Shown here in pieces: positions 1 through 13,745 of a DNA stretch of 64,000 nt. The DNA is from Dipteris shenzhenensis (Eukaryota). The position numbers and the translations under genes are program-made. The notes beneath the pieces are model-generated. The model did no database searches and was not told the DNA's origin. It saw only the letters and a program-made list of their open reading frames with translations. The DNA lies in NCBI GenBank assembly GCA_047967505.1, contig CM106538.1. The stretch is one strand, 5' to 3'. Within the stretch, counting starts at the first letter, position 1; every line of letters begins with the position of its first letter.

Positions 1-1199
1 ACCATATCCATGTACATGTGAACCTTTAAAGAAGCAAGCACTTAAGTCATCATAGCCATGCCTAAAAAGGAAGCTTGATTGTTACTGAAAGGTAGACTGT
101 GGTTCTATAGTATTGAATGTGTTTTTGGTTTAGCAGAATGCAGAGGGCATGTACAGCCCCCATGAAAATTCCCAAATCTGCATCCCAATGGGCCATCACT
201 AAGGTACACTACCATTTTCTTCTACTAACCAAAGTTAAATTCTAGTATTAATCCTTTCTTGTGTCTATCTATGATCCTTCGATTTTCAAAGAAAAAATAG
301 AATTTTGGAGGTGGATTAGACCTCTATCATTGATTGTCTTCCTTGATTGTTGGAGATTTTAACCACAAAGATTGTCTTACGGAATGGTCAAATATTATAT
401 CTAACTTCAATCTTATTAAGCTAGATGACCTTGGATCACTTAGTGTTGCTACTTGGATGAGGACGAAGAGCCCCAATTGTAGATAGTAAGCGAAGTTGGA
501 TAAAATTTGGTTACTTGGATTACTTGGATGAGGTAGAAGACCTTGGAAAAAATGGATGGCCCCTGCCTTGAGAAGTAAAGCATAAAGGCCAAGCCATAAC
601 ACCGCTAAAATATTACATGATCTTATAAGACAAAGATATTTTAAATAATTAAAGGGATTGAAGCTTAGCCCTGATGCTCCATAACTCATAGCTCAATGTT
701 GAGCCAAAAGTCTAGCATAAAGGCCTAGCCATAATCCTTAGGGAAAACTTGTGGCAAATAGAAGGATTGCAAATTCACCATAATGCCCCACAAATCCTAG
801 CCCATAATCCCTTAGAAAATTACGTGTCTTTAGCGATACATGTTGCTTGGCTACAAGTTTACAGCTCACATATAGCATGTTAATCAAAATGACGATGGAC
901 TCTTCCCTACCAATCCTCCATGTTTTTGAATGTTACCTTCCTTGATGCTAGCTTGGCCTCCAAGGCTACAATTGCTGGCATAACTTCCTACAAACATGCC
1001 CGGATAAACATTCGTGCAGTGTCTACCCCTCCATGACCACTAATTCAAACACAAAAAAGGGCAAACTATAAAAAAAATTGATATGCATTACCTTGCAGGT
1101 GTGAACCTCAATTATATGTGAAATACTTTGCATAGTAGCTTAAGTTGCATTTTTGCATCCCAAACGTCTTCCATTAGGAAGCTTTCAAGACACAGTAGT

Positions 1200-1901
1200 A
1201 GGGTTGATGAGATCTTCAAGTGAGGGAGATTGATGGGCATGGGAGCAAGGTTGATATACTGAATGGCCCTGAGGATGTAGCAAGATGCTCAGTTTTGGGG
1301 GAAATGGGGTCATTTTCAAATAAATTTGGGGTTTTCCCCCAAATTCTATTTTCCTGCCTCTCCCTTCCCTTCCCCCTTAGGCACAATGTACAAAAGATTT
1401 ATTAACCTCAACTAAGCTTCACACTTAGGCACAAAAAGGGGGGCGACTTTAGGACCGGGTCATCTTGATAGATTTTACTACTCAAGTGAAGGTTGGTGGA
1501 TGAAGGCTCCAATGGGGGGGAACGTTGATTGCTAGCTCGGGGATTTCAAATCATGCCCCTCTAATGTGGACCTTTTCCATTCCCTTGCATATTGGGAGGT
1601 CCCTAGATGTGCCATTTAAATTTGTTAATAGGGTGCTATAGAATAAGAAATTTTGCCGGAAGATCAAAGCAATGTGGAAGGAAAGCACGCATATCGTGGT
1701 AGATCCATGCACCAATTGTGATGTTGGGATACAAGGTATCCATGGTTTTGCTAAGAGATGGGCCAAGCAGGAAAGAGACAAATTTTGCAAGGATAATTCT
1801 TTGTTGTCTATAATTCAAGAAAGTCTAAATATGTCTATAATGGGTGATCCCAAGGATGCATATATTTCTACTCGATTGGTGGAGTGTGAGTTGGCCATTA
1901 A
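1200..1901 (+). mobile_element. Degenerate L1-type LINE ORF2, 5' part (endonuclease C-terminal motifs)
   Basis: Translates to ...GHLDRFYYS... (~1460-1490), ...ISNHAPL...PFKFVNRVL*NKKFCRKIKAMW... (1540-1680) and ORF 1672-1920. These match the APE-endonuclease LDRF and SDHxP motifs and the downstream FKFxN..W motif of LINE ORF2. Stops and frameshifts are present. Left boundary approximate. Confidence 0.75.
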
Positions 1902-3209
1902 CACTAGTTTGGTAACATAACATGACATAAAAGTGTCTTTTTGAGGTTTTGGCAAAAAAATCACAACTTGATGTAGATGTGCTTTTTGGTGATTTCCTCT
2001 CTTGAGCTTAAGGTGGACTCATGAGACTATTTTCTAAAAATATAAGGAGCACAAAAAACTATTACATGTGATTACAAAATGCTCACAAATGTATGGTAAC
2101 ACAGTGTTTCATGCAAACAATACTTAGATGTGAAACTTTATTTAGCATGCCTAAAAATAAAAATGATTTCAATGAGCTATCATTTTTTACAAAGTGTTTA
2201 TAAGTATATAAAACACAAAAAAGTGATACAAATTTATTAAAAATTCATTTTGGCAAGATTAATTTACCAATTAACAAGAGTGGTTAGCTTAGCAAGTTCC
2301 ATTGTAAGTCACATTTCATAAAGAAGCATCATTATATACTACACATAATACCCACAATGTGTCATACCTTAACTATAACAATATTATATCATAAAACAAA
2401 AGTCACCACATCACAGTAAAGGCTAAAATTGAAATAGATTATGTGCTCCTAATCTCAACTACCAAAACAGGTTCCATATTAAACGTCGCTTTTATAGTTT
2501 TGAATTATCTCGCATATAAGTGTTTTGCATATAAAATTTTTAAATTTGTATCACTCATTGAAAGCCTTGAAGGTTCTTATGATACCCTTTAACCCTTGTA
2601 CCCTGAATTTAGCATGAATTACAACATAATGAACAATCAAAATACGATTTGAATTTGGTGTTCTACATGATATTACGTGCCTTAAAACTCACACTCCTCC
2701 CTAATATCCTATTCAAGACATATACAAAGTATGCTTGAGTTTGGAGCTTGTTATACGTGTCAAAGAATTTACAAAAGGTCAAAATTTGCCTCGTTGTGTC
2801 AGCATTCTCCAAAATTATAGTTGAGGCCATAAATTACAATAAGTATGATTATCTAGCTCCAAAGCAATGTAAACATATGTGTTACAGTTATGCTTAGACT
2901 CCAGAACTCACAAAATCTAAAAAAACTCATTCTAATAAATAAGTATGACCATTTTATCTAAAACTTGAGAAAACATCTTGAGATTTCGATGTTAGGTTTA
3001 CCTTCAAACTTTTAGTAGAACTCAAAGTAATAGATGCAAGTTCCAATCCATAATAATTCCAAGTTTTTTTCAGCATATAAGTTATTATGGAAGATAATAA
3101 AAACCCCAAAATATCTTATGGATGCTTTTGAATAATTCTAGGAAGTAGCTAAGTTAACAGGACATAAAAGTGTCCTAGGACATTTTTATGTCCTTCTACC
3201 TAACTAGTG
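1902..3209. mobile_element. Non-autonomous TIR DNA transposon (1308 bp) with TTAA target-site duplication, piggyBac-like
   Basis: TTAA(1898-1901)|CACTAGTTTGGTA ... TACCTAACTAGTG|TTAA(3210-3213). The 13-bp TIRs have one mismatch. The subterminal motif GACATAAAAGTGTC occurs near both ends. The interior is AT-rich with no ORF. Removing it plus one TTAA restores the LINE reading frame (ELAI|NDLELAKVARSR..W). Confidence 0.85.
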
Positions 3210-3990
3210 TTAATGATTTGGAGTTGGCTAAGGTTGCAAGGTCTAGATTTGTAAGTAGATAGCTATGGCTGAATGTGGTAGACTGTCCCTCAAAAATGGT
3301 TTTTTGGGCAACCAAAAGAAAGCATATCCGAGAGGAGTTGATTGATAGAGTTCAGAATGGGAATGGAAATTTGGTTACTGGATTTGAGCAAATTGTTGCT
3401 GAGAGTTGGTGATTGGAGGCCTATCACTATGCTTAATGTCTCTTATAAATTAATTGCTAAAGTCTTGGTTATCAGGGTGCAAATTGTATACATGCAGTTA
3501 GTGGATGGAGAAAAAAATGGCTTCACTAAGGGCCGTGACATTCTAGAAAATATACGTAACGTGTCTTCAGTGCTTGATTTTGCTTTGGCTTCTAGTCAGA
3601 AATGCATTGTGTTGGGTGTAGACTTCGATAAGGTGTATGATTGAATCTCGAGAATTCATCAAGGTGGTTCTTGATCATATGGGCTTTGATGCTGAGCTAG
3701 TTAGAAAAGTGTGTACCCTTTTTGGCAATGCTTTGGCCATAATGTTCATCAATGGAGGTGTTATTAACAATTAGACAAGTCTGCAATTTTTACCGATGAT
3801 TTGATGACCTTCATGGTAGATTCAAAATAGAGTGTGGATTGCCTGCTATTGCAAGTGCTTCAGTGTTTCTTTGTGGCATCAAGGTTGGTTTGTAGTTTGA
3901 AGAAGACATATGCCCTACGGATGTCTCTTTATCCTATGCCAAACTGGGCTACTTCTTTGCCAGTGAATTGGGTGTCGAGGGAAGTAGAAT
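3210..3990 (+). mobile_element. Degenerate L1-type LINE ORF2, 3' part (reverse transcriptase)
   Basis: ARSR..WL..D..SKWFF, then ORF 3342-3644 with GDWRPITMLNVSYKLIAKVL...GF..GRDILENI...VDFDKVYD (non-LTR RT domains 1-3), and a degenerate catalytic FTDD at ~3790. Internal deletions are present. Confidence 0.85.
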
Positions 3991-4039
3991 GGCCTTTTTG
4001 ATAATGGTGCAATAACATAGAGGGACAACCATTTTGCAA

Positions 4040-7000
4040 ATTAACATGGGAATATGTTTCTTGCAAACGAGGAAAGGCAGCAAACTAATACAGTGTACCT
4101 AGACATTGGTTTTAATACAAAAGAGGATTTTAGCTCTATCAAGTCGACCAAATAGATCAAGATCCTTGGTATATCGACAACGGTGCATCATCTCACATGA
4201 CATCATTAGGAATGGTTCACATAGATGAAAGAATTAGAAGGTCAAAAGAATGTCATCTACACAACTGATAATACACCAAATCTGGTTCAAGGGACAGGCG
4301 TTATCTCTATGAACAATTTCACTGGTACGAAAGGATTGGTGAAAGATGTACTCTACATTTCAAAGCTTAGCAAGAACCTCTTGTCAGTAGGACGAATGAC
4401 GGAACACAAATACCGAGTCATCTTTGAGGGAGATGAATGCATTATCAGAGACAAATCCAAAATATTTCAACTAGTAGCAAAAGGTGTCAAGGAAAGATGC
4501 TTGTACAGAAGAATGCTAACTATAGTACCAGATAAACATGCCATGTCAGCTCAATCGCAACAGATGCCACTATTTACAAAATAGGACAAGAGATATGGTC
4601 ATGTCAATTTTAAGTATTTGTCAGATCTCAAGAATCAAAATATGGCAATTGGGATTCCAAAGCTACAGTTTCTTGGAAAAGTTTGCAAAGGATGTTGTTT
4701 CGGCAAACAAAAGCAAACCAACTTAATTTTGGCAGAAGCACCTCTCATGCATGAGATATTCTTGATTTGATACATACATATGTATGGGGTTATGCCTAGA
4801 CCTGCAGCATCATTGGTTCACTTTACTGAGACTTTACTACTTGACTTTCATCAAAGTCTACAGCAGATATTGTTGGGTCTACTTTCCGAAAGAGAAATCT
4901 AAAGTCTTTTCTAGATCTCAAGAATTCAAAGCCATGGTAGAAAACCAGACAGGCAGAAAGATCAAAGTCATGAGATCAGATAGAGGAGGTGAATACATGT
5001 CTTCAGCATTCATGAACTTTTGCAAAAGTCATGACATTTGAAGACAATTCACTTGTGTAGATATTCCTCAGCAAAATGTAAGAGCTGAAAGGAAGAATGG
5101 GACTTCAACAGACAGTGCTAGAGCAATGCTTAGTGAGAAGCATCTTTCGAATTAGTATTGGGCAGAAACAATAGCTACATCAAACTACTTGCTTAATCGA
5201 CTTCCTACCAAACCGATTCAAGGTATAACACCTTATGAAGCATTCATTAGACACAAACCACACATTGGGCATCTCCGCATCTTTAGTTGCATAGTATATT
5301 CCCACATACATGATGATCATCCAAGAAATTAGATGCGAAGTCACGCAAATGCATCATGGTCAGCTACAGTGAAGATAGATGGTCAGCTACAGTGAAGATA
5401 GCAAAGCATACAAGTTGTATGATCCCATTAACCACAAAGTCATTATCTTCAGAGATGTAATATTTGATGAGGAATCAAAATGGAAAACCTCAAATACACT
5501 GAAGATAGAAGCATCAACTTCTCAGTCATCTATAAGAAAGGTTGATGAAGAAGAGAAAGAATTGCCGAAAACACCCCAAGCAGAGCCACAACAGCTGAGA
5601 CATTCTACTAGGGAAAGCAGACCTTCAGCTAGATTGACATATGCATAGAAAGGCAAAACAATTCAGGTGGAAACTGCCAACTATGCTCTTATGACTACCA
5701 TCATGGCTACAAAAGAGCCAGTGTACTTCAAATATGCAATAGACAAGCTAGAATGGCAAACTGCTATGAATGAAGAAATGGAAGCTTTATACAATAATAA
5801 TAATTGGGAAATATGCGACCTTCCACCAGGAAAGAAGGCCATAGCAAACAAATGGGTATACAAAGTGAAGTACAATCCAGATGGAAGTATTCAAAGATAC
5901 AAAGCCACACTAGTTGCGAAAGGATTTGCACAACAATATGGTTAGGACGATGATGAGACTTATGCTCTAGTAGCAAAGATGGATTCCATATGATTCTTGA
6001 TATCACTAGCAACACTCAGCTGATGGAATGTGTACCAGCTCGATGTCAAGAATATATTTCTCAATGCTTGACGAGGAAGTCTACATGCAACAACCAGCAG
6101 GTTATATTGAGCCAAAAAAGGAGAATAAGGTTTGCTATCTAAAGAAAAGTATCTATGCCTTAAAGCAAGCACCCAAAAATTGGTACAGCAGAATTGACAA
6201 GTATTTTGCTAATTTGGGATACATGAAGTCCAATGCAGATCATACTCTCTACTACAAAGTTCAAGGGGAAGACATTACTATTGCACTTTTGTATGTAGAT
6301 GATCTGATTGTCACTGGAAGTAAGGATAGCTTCATCAGAAAGATAAAACAAGACTTACCTTTAGAGTTCGACATGAAATATATTGGACTTATGCACTATT
6401 GTGTTGGAATTGAGTTCTGGAGAGATTCAGATAGCACATTTATGAGTCAGCTCAAATATGTTGGCAGTCTCTTGAAGAAGTTTCATATGGCAGATTGCAA
6501 GATTGCAGCCACTCCCATGGAACAAAGTTTGAAACTTACTAAAGATTCAAAAAAGCCTACAGTCAATGATGGGTACTACAGATAGCTCATCGGATCTCTT
6601 ATATATCTGACTATCACACGGCTAGATATTTGTTATGCAGTCAGCTCACTAGCATAGTTTATGGCAAATCCAAAACAGTCTCACTGGAATGCAGCCAAAA
6701 GAGTCTTGAAATACATAAGAGGTACAAGACAGTTTGGGATAGAATATAGAGGAAGTCATCCATGATTGCATGGATATTGTGATAGTAGTGACTATGCCAG
6801 AGATCATGAGACGACGACATCGACACAGGAATATGCACTTTTCCTTGGTCAAGGTGCTATATCATGGTTGTCAAACAAACAGCCAATTGTTTCTTTGTCT
6901 TTGATTGAAGCAACATATAGAGCACTCACTACATGTGCATGTGAGGCTATATGGCTAGAAGATTATTGTCAAAAATAGATTACTTTGATGAGTCAAAACC

Positions 7001-7261
7001 AACAATACTATATTGTGATAATCAATCGGCCCAAGCAATGGCCAAGAATCCAGTATACTACTCCAAGACAAAGCACATTGATGTTAGAGAGCACTTCATC
7101 AGAGAAAGAGTGTTACTTGGTGACATCACATTGTAGCATTGTGATAGCAAAGAGAATGTTGCAGATCACATTTTACCAAACCACTAGGTAAAGAGCTTTT
7201 TGAGAAACACCGACTAGCTCTTGGTTTGACGTAGAGGAAGGACATTCTTATTAAAGGGGTG
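4040..7261 (+). mobile_element. Degenerate Ty1/Copia LTR retrotransposon internal region (PR-INT-RT-RNaseH)
   Basis: Protease WYIDNGASSHMT (~4167), GAG-pre-integrase NLLSV, integrase IKVMRSDRGGEY and SKAYKLYDP, RT KWVYKVK..DG...RYKA.LVAKGFAQ and LLYVDDLIVTG, RNaseH GYCDSSD and YCDNQSA...TKHIDVREHFIRE, in Copia domain order. Many stops and frameshifts, including a 23-bp tandem duplication at 5356-5401. PPT-like TAAAGGGGTG precedes TG at 7262. No 5' LTR seen. Confidence 0.95.
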
Positions 7262-7700
7262 TGATGGAATGTAATTTTTAATCCTTCTTCGATTCCCCAG
7301 AATCATCATCTTGAGGGAAGGCCTACTTCATGATGTTGATCTTGGGGGAAGGTGTTGAGAGTTCACACTCAACATCATGTAATCATGTGTGCATAGCACC
7401 ATCATGTGATCATATGTGCATAGCACTAACCCAATAGAGTGCTATAAGGAAAAGGGTTAAATGCCCTAACCCTAACCCTAAATGGGTTTGTATATATTCT
7501 GCATTTTCAACCAAATCTAGTGTACACTTAGCCATTTGTGGTGTGATCTCTAGCTGTGCCCTCTCTCCTCATCTCCACTCTTCTCCTCTCCCCTCTTCAT
7601 ATTTTGTCAATCACATCGAGAGATTGTTGTTGTTGGAATTGGTGTATGAAATGGACTTCCCTCCCCTTGAAAATTTAGCTGAAAACTTTACTAAGATGTA
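7262..7700 (+). repeat. Probable LTR sequence(s) downstream of the Copia element
   Basis: Begins TG directly after the PPT. A second PPT-like GGGGGAAGG+TGTTG occurs at ~7344-7357, followed by TATATA (~7491) and a CT-rich tract typical of LTR R regions. The 3' end is not defined. Confidence 0.4.
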
Positions 7701-7838
7701 CGTGTGAGACCAAGCTGATGAGATGGACCGAGCTGTTTGATGATGGTTGCCAATCAGTCAATTTGTTAGTACCATAGCCCCTCGAGGGGTACGTGGTGCC
7801 GTGTGTAGGTCCATGAGTCATCCTTGGCACTTGAAAAG

Positions 7839-7842
<4 letters not shown>

Positions 7843-7879
<37 letters not shown>
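7843..7879. repeat. (TG)n microsatellite
   Basis: Perfect TG dinucleotide run. Confidence 0.97.
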
Positions 7880-7880
<1 letters not shown>

Positions 7881-10869
7881 TCCCATTGACCGCATTCTCG
7901 TAGGTCCGATGCAAAATCCAATGGAGGGCGATAGTCTTCCCATCACAATGGATTCGGTCAGACTACTACCCTAGATAAAATCAAATCCATTATAGGGAAT
8001 AAAGATGACTTTCTCATTAAGTCCATACCCTATTACCATTAGGATAAGTGCAAATGGACCTTACAAGTTCCCATCAAATATGGGATTGATTTCTTAAAGG
8101 TTGTGGTAATATGCATAATTCAAGGGAGTAGATCTATAATAGTATAAATGAAAAAGTAGAAGTATACCCTACCCAACCAATCGGTGGGAGGTAACCAAGT
8201 ATTCATAACCATAATAAGTCCCTTGATTAATCGGTTGAGGACATATGTAGAATGTAGGAAGTGAAAGGCCTCCAACCAGTCAGTTGAGACAATCAATAAC
8301 AAGAATTATAAGTAAAACTTTAATACTAGAATCTTAAAATCCCAAACTTCAATCATAATCTAATAGATCATCCATGATAAATGGACACTTTTCTCAAAAA
8401 TCAAGGCGAGTTGCAATGTTTCCCATAGTTGATTAATAATTTCATAAAGCTAAGGGAAAAGAATATGGATACTCTCATAATCCATGTAAAACCTAGTCCA
8501 TGTTTTCATCCAATAACTACATCTTGGTTAAAGCATTAAGAAAGTTGTATGGATTCTCAGTTTATTTTGTTCGTTGTTCATAGCATTGCTTAGTTCTAGC
8601 TTGCACTGAAGTGCACGTTTGGGGTTTACATTTGAGCTACCAATGAGGTGAGACAATGTAAGTCAACATGGAAAGATCCATGGAACCAATAGTATGGGAC
8701 AATGTAATAAGGGATTATGAAGCTAGAAAGAAAAGAGAGCAGAACACATGAGACAAATGCAGGAGGGAGTCTACTATACATGGACTTGCTGACTTACATA
8801 AGCGAAGGATTGTTAACAAATTTGTAAATTTTTTGATAGCATGACGACTGGCATGGGTGCAAAACTCAGGATTGAACTTTTCAATTCAATATTGCAACCC
8901 CCTTGGGTGTAATGCCTTTGTGACATTTCATCAAGAGAAAAAGGTGGCATTGAAGCATTCACAATACATTGGCCATTGTAAAGCAACCATGCAGTTCCTA
9001 CACATGAGTTGTTTTTGAAGAAAAGTGCATTGACTATGCTAATGAACTCCAACCAGTGCATTCCCCTAGCAAAGGTCTCAAAAGTACTTCAAATTTCTAG
9101 ATGTAGCTTGCATGAGTCAAGATCTAGAGTCTATGCATGGGCTGATGATGGTAATGGACTATGCTCATTGACTGCATGTTGGAAGCAATGCCACACTCAT
9201 GCAATCACTGATGAAACAAAGTAACTTGTACAATCATTTTTGGAGTCCAAGAAAAATAAGAAGGACGTGTGCGAGGAAAGAGTTGGTAGAACTATTTACA
9301 TTAAGCACCCATTGCATCTTCTCAAGGAGCCTCAAGTACAACGTACTAAAGTGCATGATGATAGCACCTACTTTGCAACTTACCCACTGACATGATAGTT
9401 ACAATATTCCTTTGTGGTCACTTTGTGTTCCTAATAGTGTAACATCTATTTTAGGTGTGTAATATTGGTACCCATTTTAATATTCCCTAAAAAATTCATT
9501 AAAATATAACTTTTTTTAAAAAAAAGCTATATTTTGCATAGTCAAAAACTACAAACTTACTAATTCATGCTTTTTTCAAACATCATGCCTACAAATAAAA
9601 AATGACCTTCGTGATATTGCAAACTATATTTTGATTTTCTCTATTCTCAAAGTCTCTCTTAAAAACTAGCTTTAATTATCTTAGTTGATCTACCACATGG
9701 TCTATGTTGAATATGCAAACTATCAGATGTGGAGCAAGTGCAAAGAATGAGTCATAGTAGTTAGCGATAGAGCTTGGAGTGGCCAATCCGCTCCATAGAC
9801 TATGTAAACTATCACCTGATATACCATATTGTCTATGTTAACTATGTAAACTATCACCCCTATTCTACCAAATGGTCTATGTTGACTAAGTAGACTATCA
9901 CCTCTGGAGAGGCAGTGCTAGTGATGGGGCTTGGAGTGGTCAATCCACTCCTTATATGGGAGAAGCCTAGAGATTGAGGTAAAGCCAATGGCATGGTGCA
10001 TAAGAAGGTATGGCATGTGATAGAGAAGATAAAAACTTGAGGGATAACCCTCCACTATTGTGCAAAAGCGGAGGTTGTAGGTCATTTTGTTTGTTAGTGT
10101 TGCTAGTTAGATTGCATTTTTCATGAGAAGGACCTTTGGGGGTCCATGCTATTACTTAGCCCAAATGGTTTCGATACAACAACTCTATGTTGTACTCTAC
10201 ACACCCCACTATACATCGCAGATGGCTTGGATACAATAGCTTTGTGTTGCACTATACACACCCTAGTGTACTATATTGTGGGAATCACCCTAGAATGTAG
10301 GAGATCACCACCCTTCTTCCTCAGCATCCTTTTCAGCAGGTGACCATCAGCAGGTGACCAGAGAGAGTGCCGTCTTGGATATCCGCAGTTTTGCAATATC
10401 TTTTGGGTCATACCCTACATCTTTGAAGGTCTCTCGCGATGTTATCAAACTTTTTTGTAAGTTCATCCTATAGCTCTAGAGTTGAAGAGTGTGCATTTTT
10501 TTTACATGTTGATGGACCTACAAAAGGCGACAATCCAACACTAAAGTTGAAATAAATGGAGTACCTCTAGCTAGTATGTTTCTATCAACAATAAAACATT
10601 AACTTACAACAACTATCTAACTTGCACATAAGTACATGTGGCAGGTTAGTACTCTGTGCATAAATGCTAACTAACATAGGGTAGTTGGGACCATAAGTAT
10701 ACCAGTGTGCGCCCAATGGCATAACTTGTGCACTGAGTAGAATATCTAATACACTGAGTAAAGTACCATATAACATAAGCTAGTTAGCTTTAATTAAATG
10801 TCAAATGGGGTTGCCATGGTAAGAGAACAATATTACAAGTTTTCTTCTCAAAACAGGGTTTTTAATTTA

Positions 10870-12950
10870 TCATTTATAAAATGTATACCAAGAAGTCTTT
10901 ACTACTATAGGAGACGAAGTCACATGATCTACTACTAGAGAGCATATAGTTTTTCAAAAGTAGAAGAACGCCACATGGGATGAACCCTTGGTTCCAATCA
11001 GGCATGGACTTGAACAACAAGATGTAGTTTACATCACAACTTCTTGCATGCACGTGGTTTAACAACATTCTTAACAATTGTTGCATCCTCCATTGTGCCA
11101 AATGGCATCTTTTGTCTCGTTGAAGGTTCAAGTAGAGAAGCATAAGTGGACTTCTTCTTCTTGACTAGCCTCGCAACCATATTTTCTAAGGGACTGTCAT
11201 CACCCATGTCCATCTAAATAGTAGCCGATGCCTCCAATTGGTTCTCAAGAATTTTCTTGAGTCATTCAATATTCAATGATATCATCTGTCATCACACCCC
11301 CACATCTTTAGGCATGGGGACATTACCAGACACATCTTGACTGGGGACTATCTCCGGGTGCAAGATGTCCTCTCCATTTGATTCATTTGTTGCATCCACT
11401 TTTCCAAGCTCCTCCTTTGAAGCAAAATCCTCTCCAAGGATAGGAGCTATCCTCTTCAACATCTATATCTACACAATATAGTTTAAATCAATAGTGGAAA
11501 AACATATGTATACAATACTATATCAACAAACATATATGCAAATAACATAGGTGCCAATTTTATATGTGCTAATAACACATTTGTTCAATGATATGCTAAT
11601 GAGCACATATGCTAATAATATATATTATAGTTAGCACACATATGTTAATAAAAAACATGCTAGTAGTACTGATATGCTAATTAGCACATATGCTAATAGC
11701 AGATATCAATAAAATACTTGATATGCTAGCTAGTGCATATGCTAACATGATACAACATGGAACAAGTCTTAGAAACATTGAATGAACACATACATTTGCA
11801 ACTTAAGATGAGACTAGTAACAGCCAAAGTTGGATGCCAATGCTCCAAGGCATCAAACATTTTTTTCTCATCATGTTCGATGCCCAAGCATGCCAAGGTG
11901 TTATAGAAATGTTCAATTGTCAATTGCAAATCAAACATCCTCTTTGTATCTGTGGAGTTTGGCTTCAAGGATCATAGTTTAATCTCTGCTTCCTCCTGCT
12001 TTGCTCAAAGTTGCTTGACAATTGCACTTACAGTTTCCCAACTCCTCTTCCTAACCATTTCATCTTTAGAATAATGAATCATTTGCCCTCTCCAATTCTA
12101 GTGCAATAGTTGTAAGTTCTACATCCAAGTGATAAATTGGAGAAATGGCTAACAAGCATGCAACCCCTATTTTTCTTGCTATGCATTGTACATTGTCTCC
12201 TTGATATGGGGGTTTCTTCAAGATGCCCCTTCTCATTTGAATGTCACCTTGAAAATAATATTCCTCATCATCATGGATTGTAAAATTGGCTTCATTACGT
12301 TTCTTCCATTTAATGGTGTGGCTCTCAAAATAGCAACTTTTCTTTAACTCCTCGATGTGCTGCTCTCCAAAAACTACCTAGGCCAAATTGATTGAACTGC
12401 CTTGCTCAATTGCAACCGGGCTAAAATGTTTTGTGTATGCCCTTGCAAAGTCCATTGTGACCTCCATGTTAGTATTTCTAGTACACGTTATTGTGGAAAA
12501 GAAGAAAATCCCTATATGCTACAGGACAAACACCGCTACACTTAATCCTATACATGGACAGATCTCTCGGAGCCTTAAATGCACCCAACCACTCCCTCTC
12601 TTATGGATCAACCTCCTTTAAGGTTTTGGGATCAGCTCCCATCAAACTAAGGTTGTATTCAGCATGAAAATTCTCCTTTAAAAGGCACAAACTCCTTTAC
12701 TCTAGTTTGGGAGCTTTCCATCACCCTGAACATAGAACGAGACATGTTGAAGTGTATAAACAATGTGGAGAAGAGCCATAGAGAAAAAACAAACAAGTAC
12801 AGAAAAAGAATGAACCAATAGTAGAAGAGGATTGCATGTCAACTCTCCCCCTCTTTAGATGGGTTTCCTCTTGTACTTTTGGGCAAACCTCTGGCTCAGC
12901 TACTTCGCTTTCTAATAAGTCCATAGTAGCAACTTGTTGTTTTCTCTTGG
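10870..12950 (-). pseudogene. Degraded coding sequence of unknown, probably TE-accessory, protein
   Basis: Long stretches of coding-like minus-strand translation broken by isolated stops (e.g. NMEVTMDFARAYTKHFSPVAIEQGSSINLA*VVFGEQHIEELKK..., ORFs 11726-11968 and 10874-11143). An AT-rich intron-like block lies at ~11470-11790. No family recognised with confidence. Confidence 0.35.
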
Positions 12951-13384
12951 CAGTGTTCTTCTAAGATGGAGCTGGAGGTGGCTCTAGACTCCCTCCAACC
13001 TATTCTCTCTTATGACTCCTTCCCTCCATGGAGTTGCGAATCTCATGCCTCCTATTCATTCCCTTCCCATCCATAATTATCAACTCACGCAAGCACGTCA
13101 CTTGTTACAGATTGTGCACTCTCCTGCTTTCTAAACTTGTTGAGCATTAACTAAGGCTCTCAACTATCATTCAACTTCCGTTGCATGTAGCTGAGAGCAA
13201 TTCCATGCATTGTTATTATTATTCACATACTCTCAAACATTATTTTATAAAAGAAAAATATCAAATGGATATGAATCATTCTCAAATGTGTGTGCTTTCA
13301 AAGCTCATGCTATCTTATCAATGCTAAAAAACACAAAAAGTGAAGCGGTTTAATGTGCTTTCACCCATAAGATACTATGAGCAA

Positions 13385-13745
13385 CAAGTCCTGAACATAT
13401 AGTCATGTAGCAATGTAGAAGGAAGTCCTTGACATATAGGCATGGTGATGTAAGGAAGAACAGTTGTTAGTAGATTTGTGCTTGTAGCAACATATAAGGA
13501 AGTCATAGGTTACTGTGCTCCATACCAATGGTCATCAACTACTACTTGCAGGATTCTTCACACCAAAGAATAACTTATATGATACTCTAAGGGGATAAGT
13601 CCTTAACATATAGGCATGGTCATGGAAGAATGATTGTTAGTAGATTTTCGCTTGCAGCAACACAGAATGAAGTCATAGCCTACTACTTGCAGGAAGCTCC
13701 ATACCAAAGTCATAGAATACTTTTTGTAAGGTTGCTTTACACCAA
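13385..13745. repeat. Diverged tandem duplication (~175-bp period)
   Basis: AAGTCCTT(G/A)ACATATAGGCATGGT...TTGTTAGTAGATTT...GCTTG(T/C)AGCAACA...GAAGTCATAG occurs at ~13423 and ~13597, with a partial copy at ~13386. Confidence 0.8.

Noticed and set aside
8200-9400. Possible Ty3 RT fragment (MDY...IMDDLLD) and a CxxH-like motif on the minus strand
   Set aside because: Motifs are too short and degraded to assign a family by eye.
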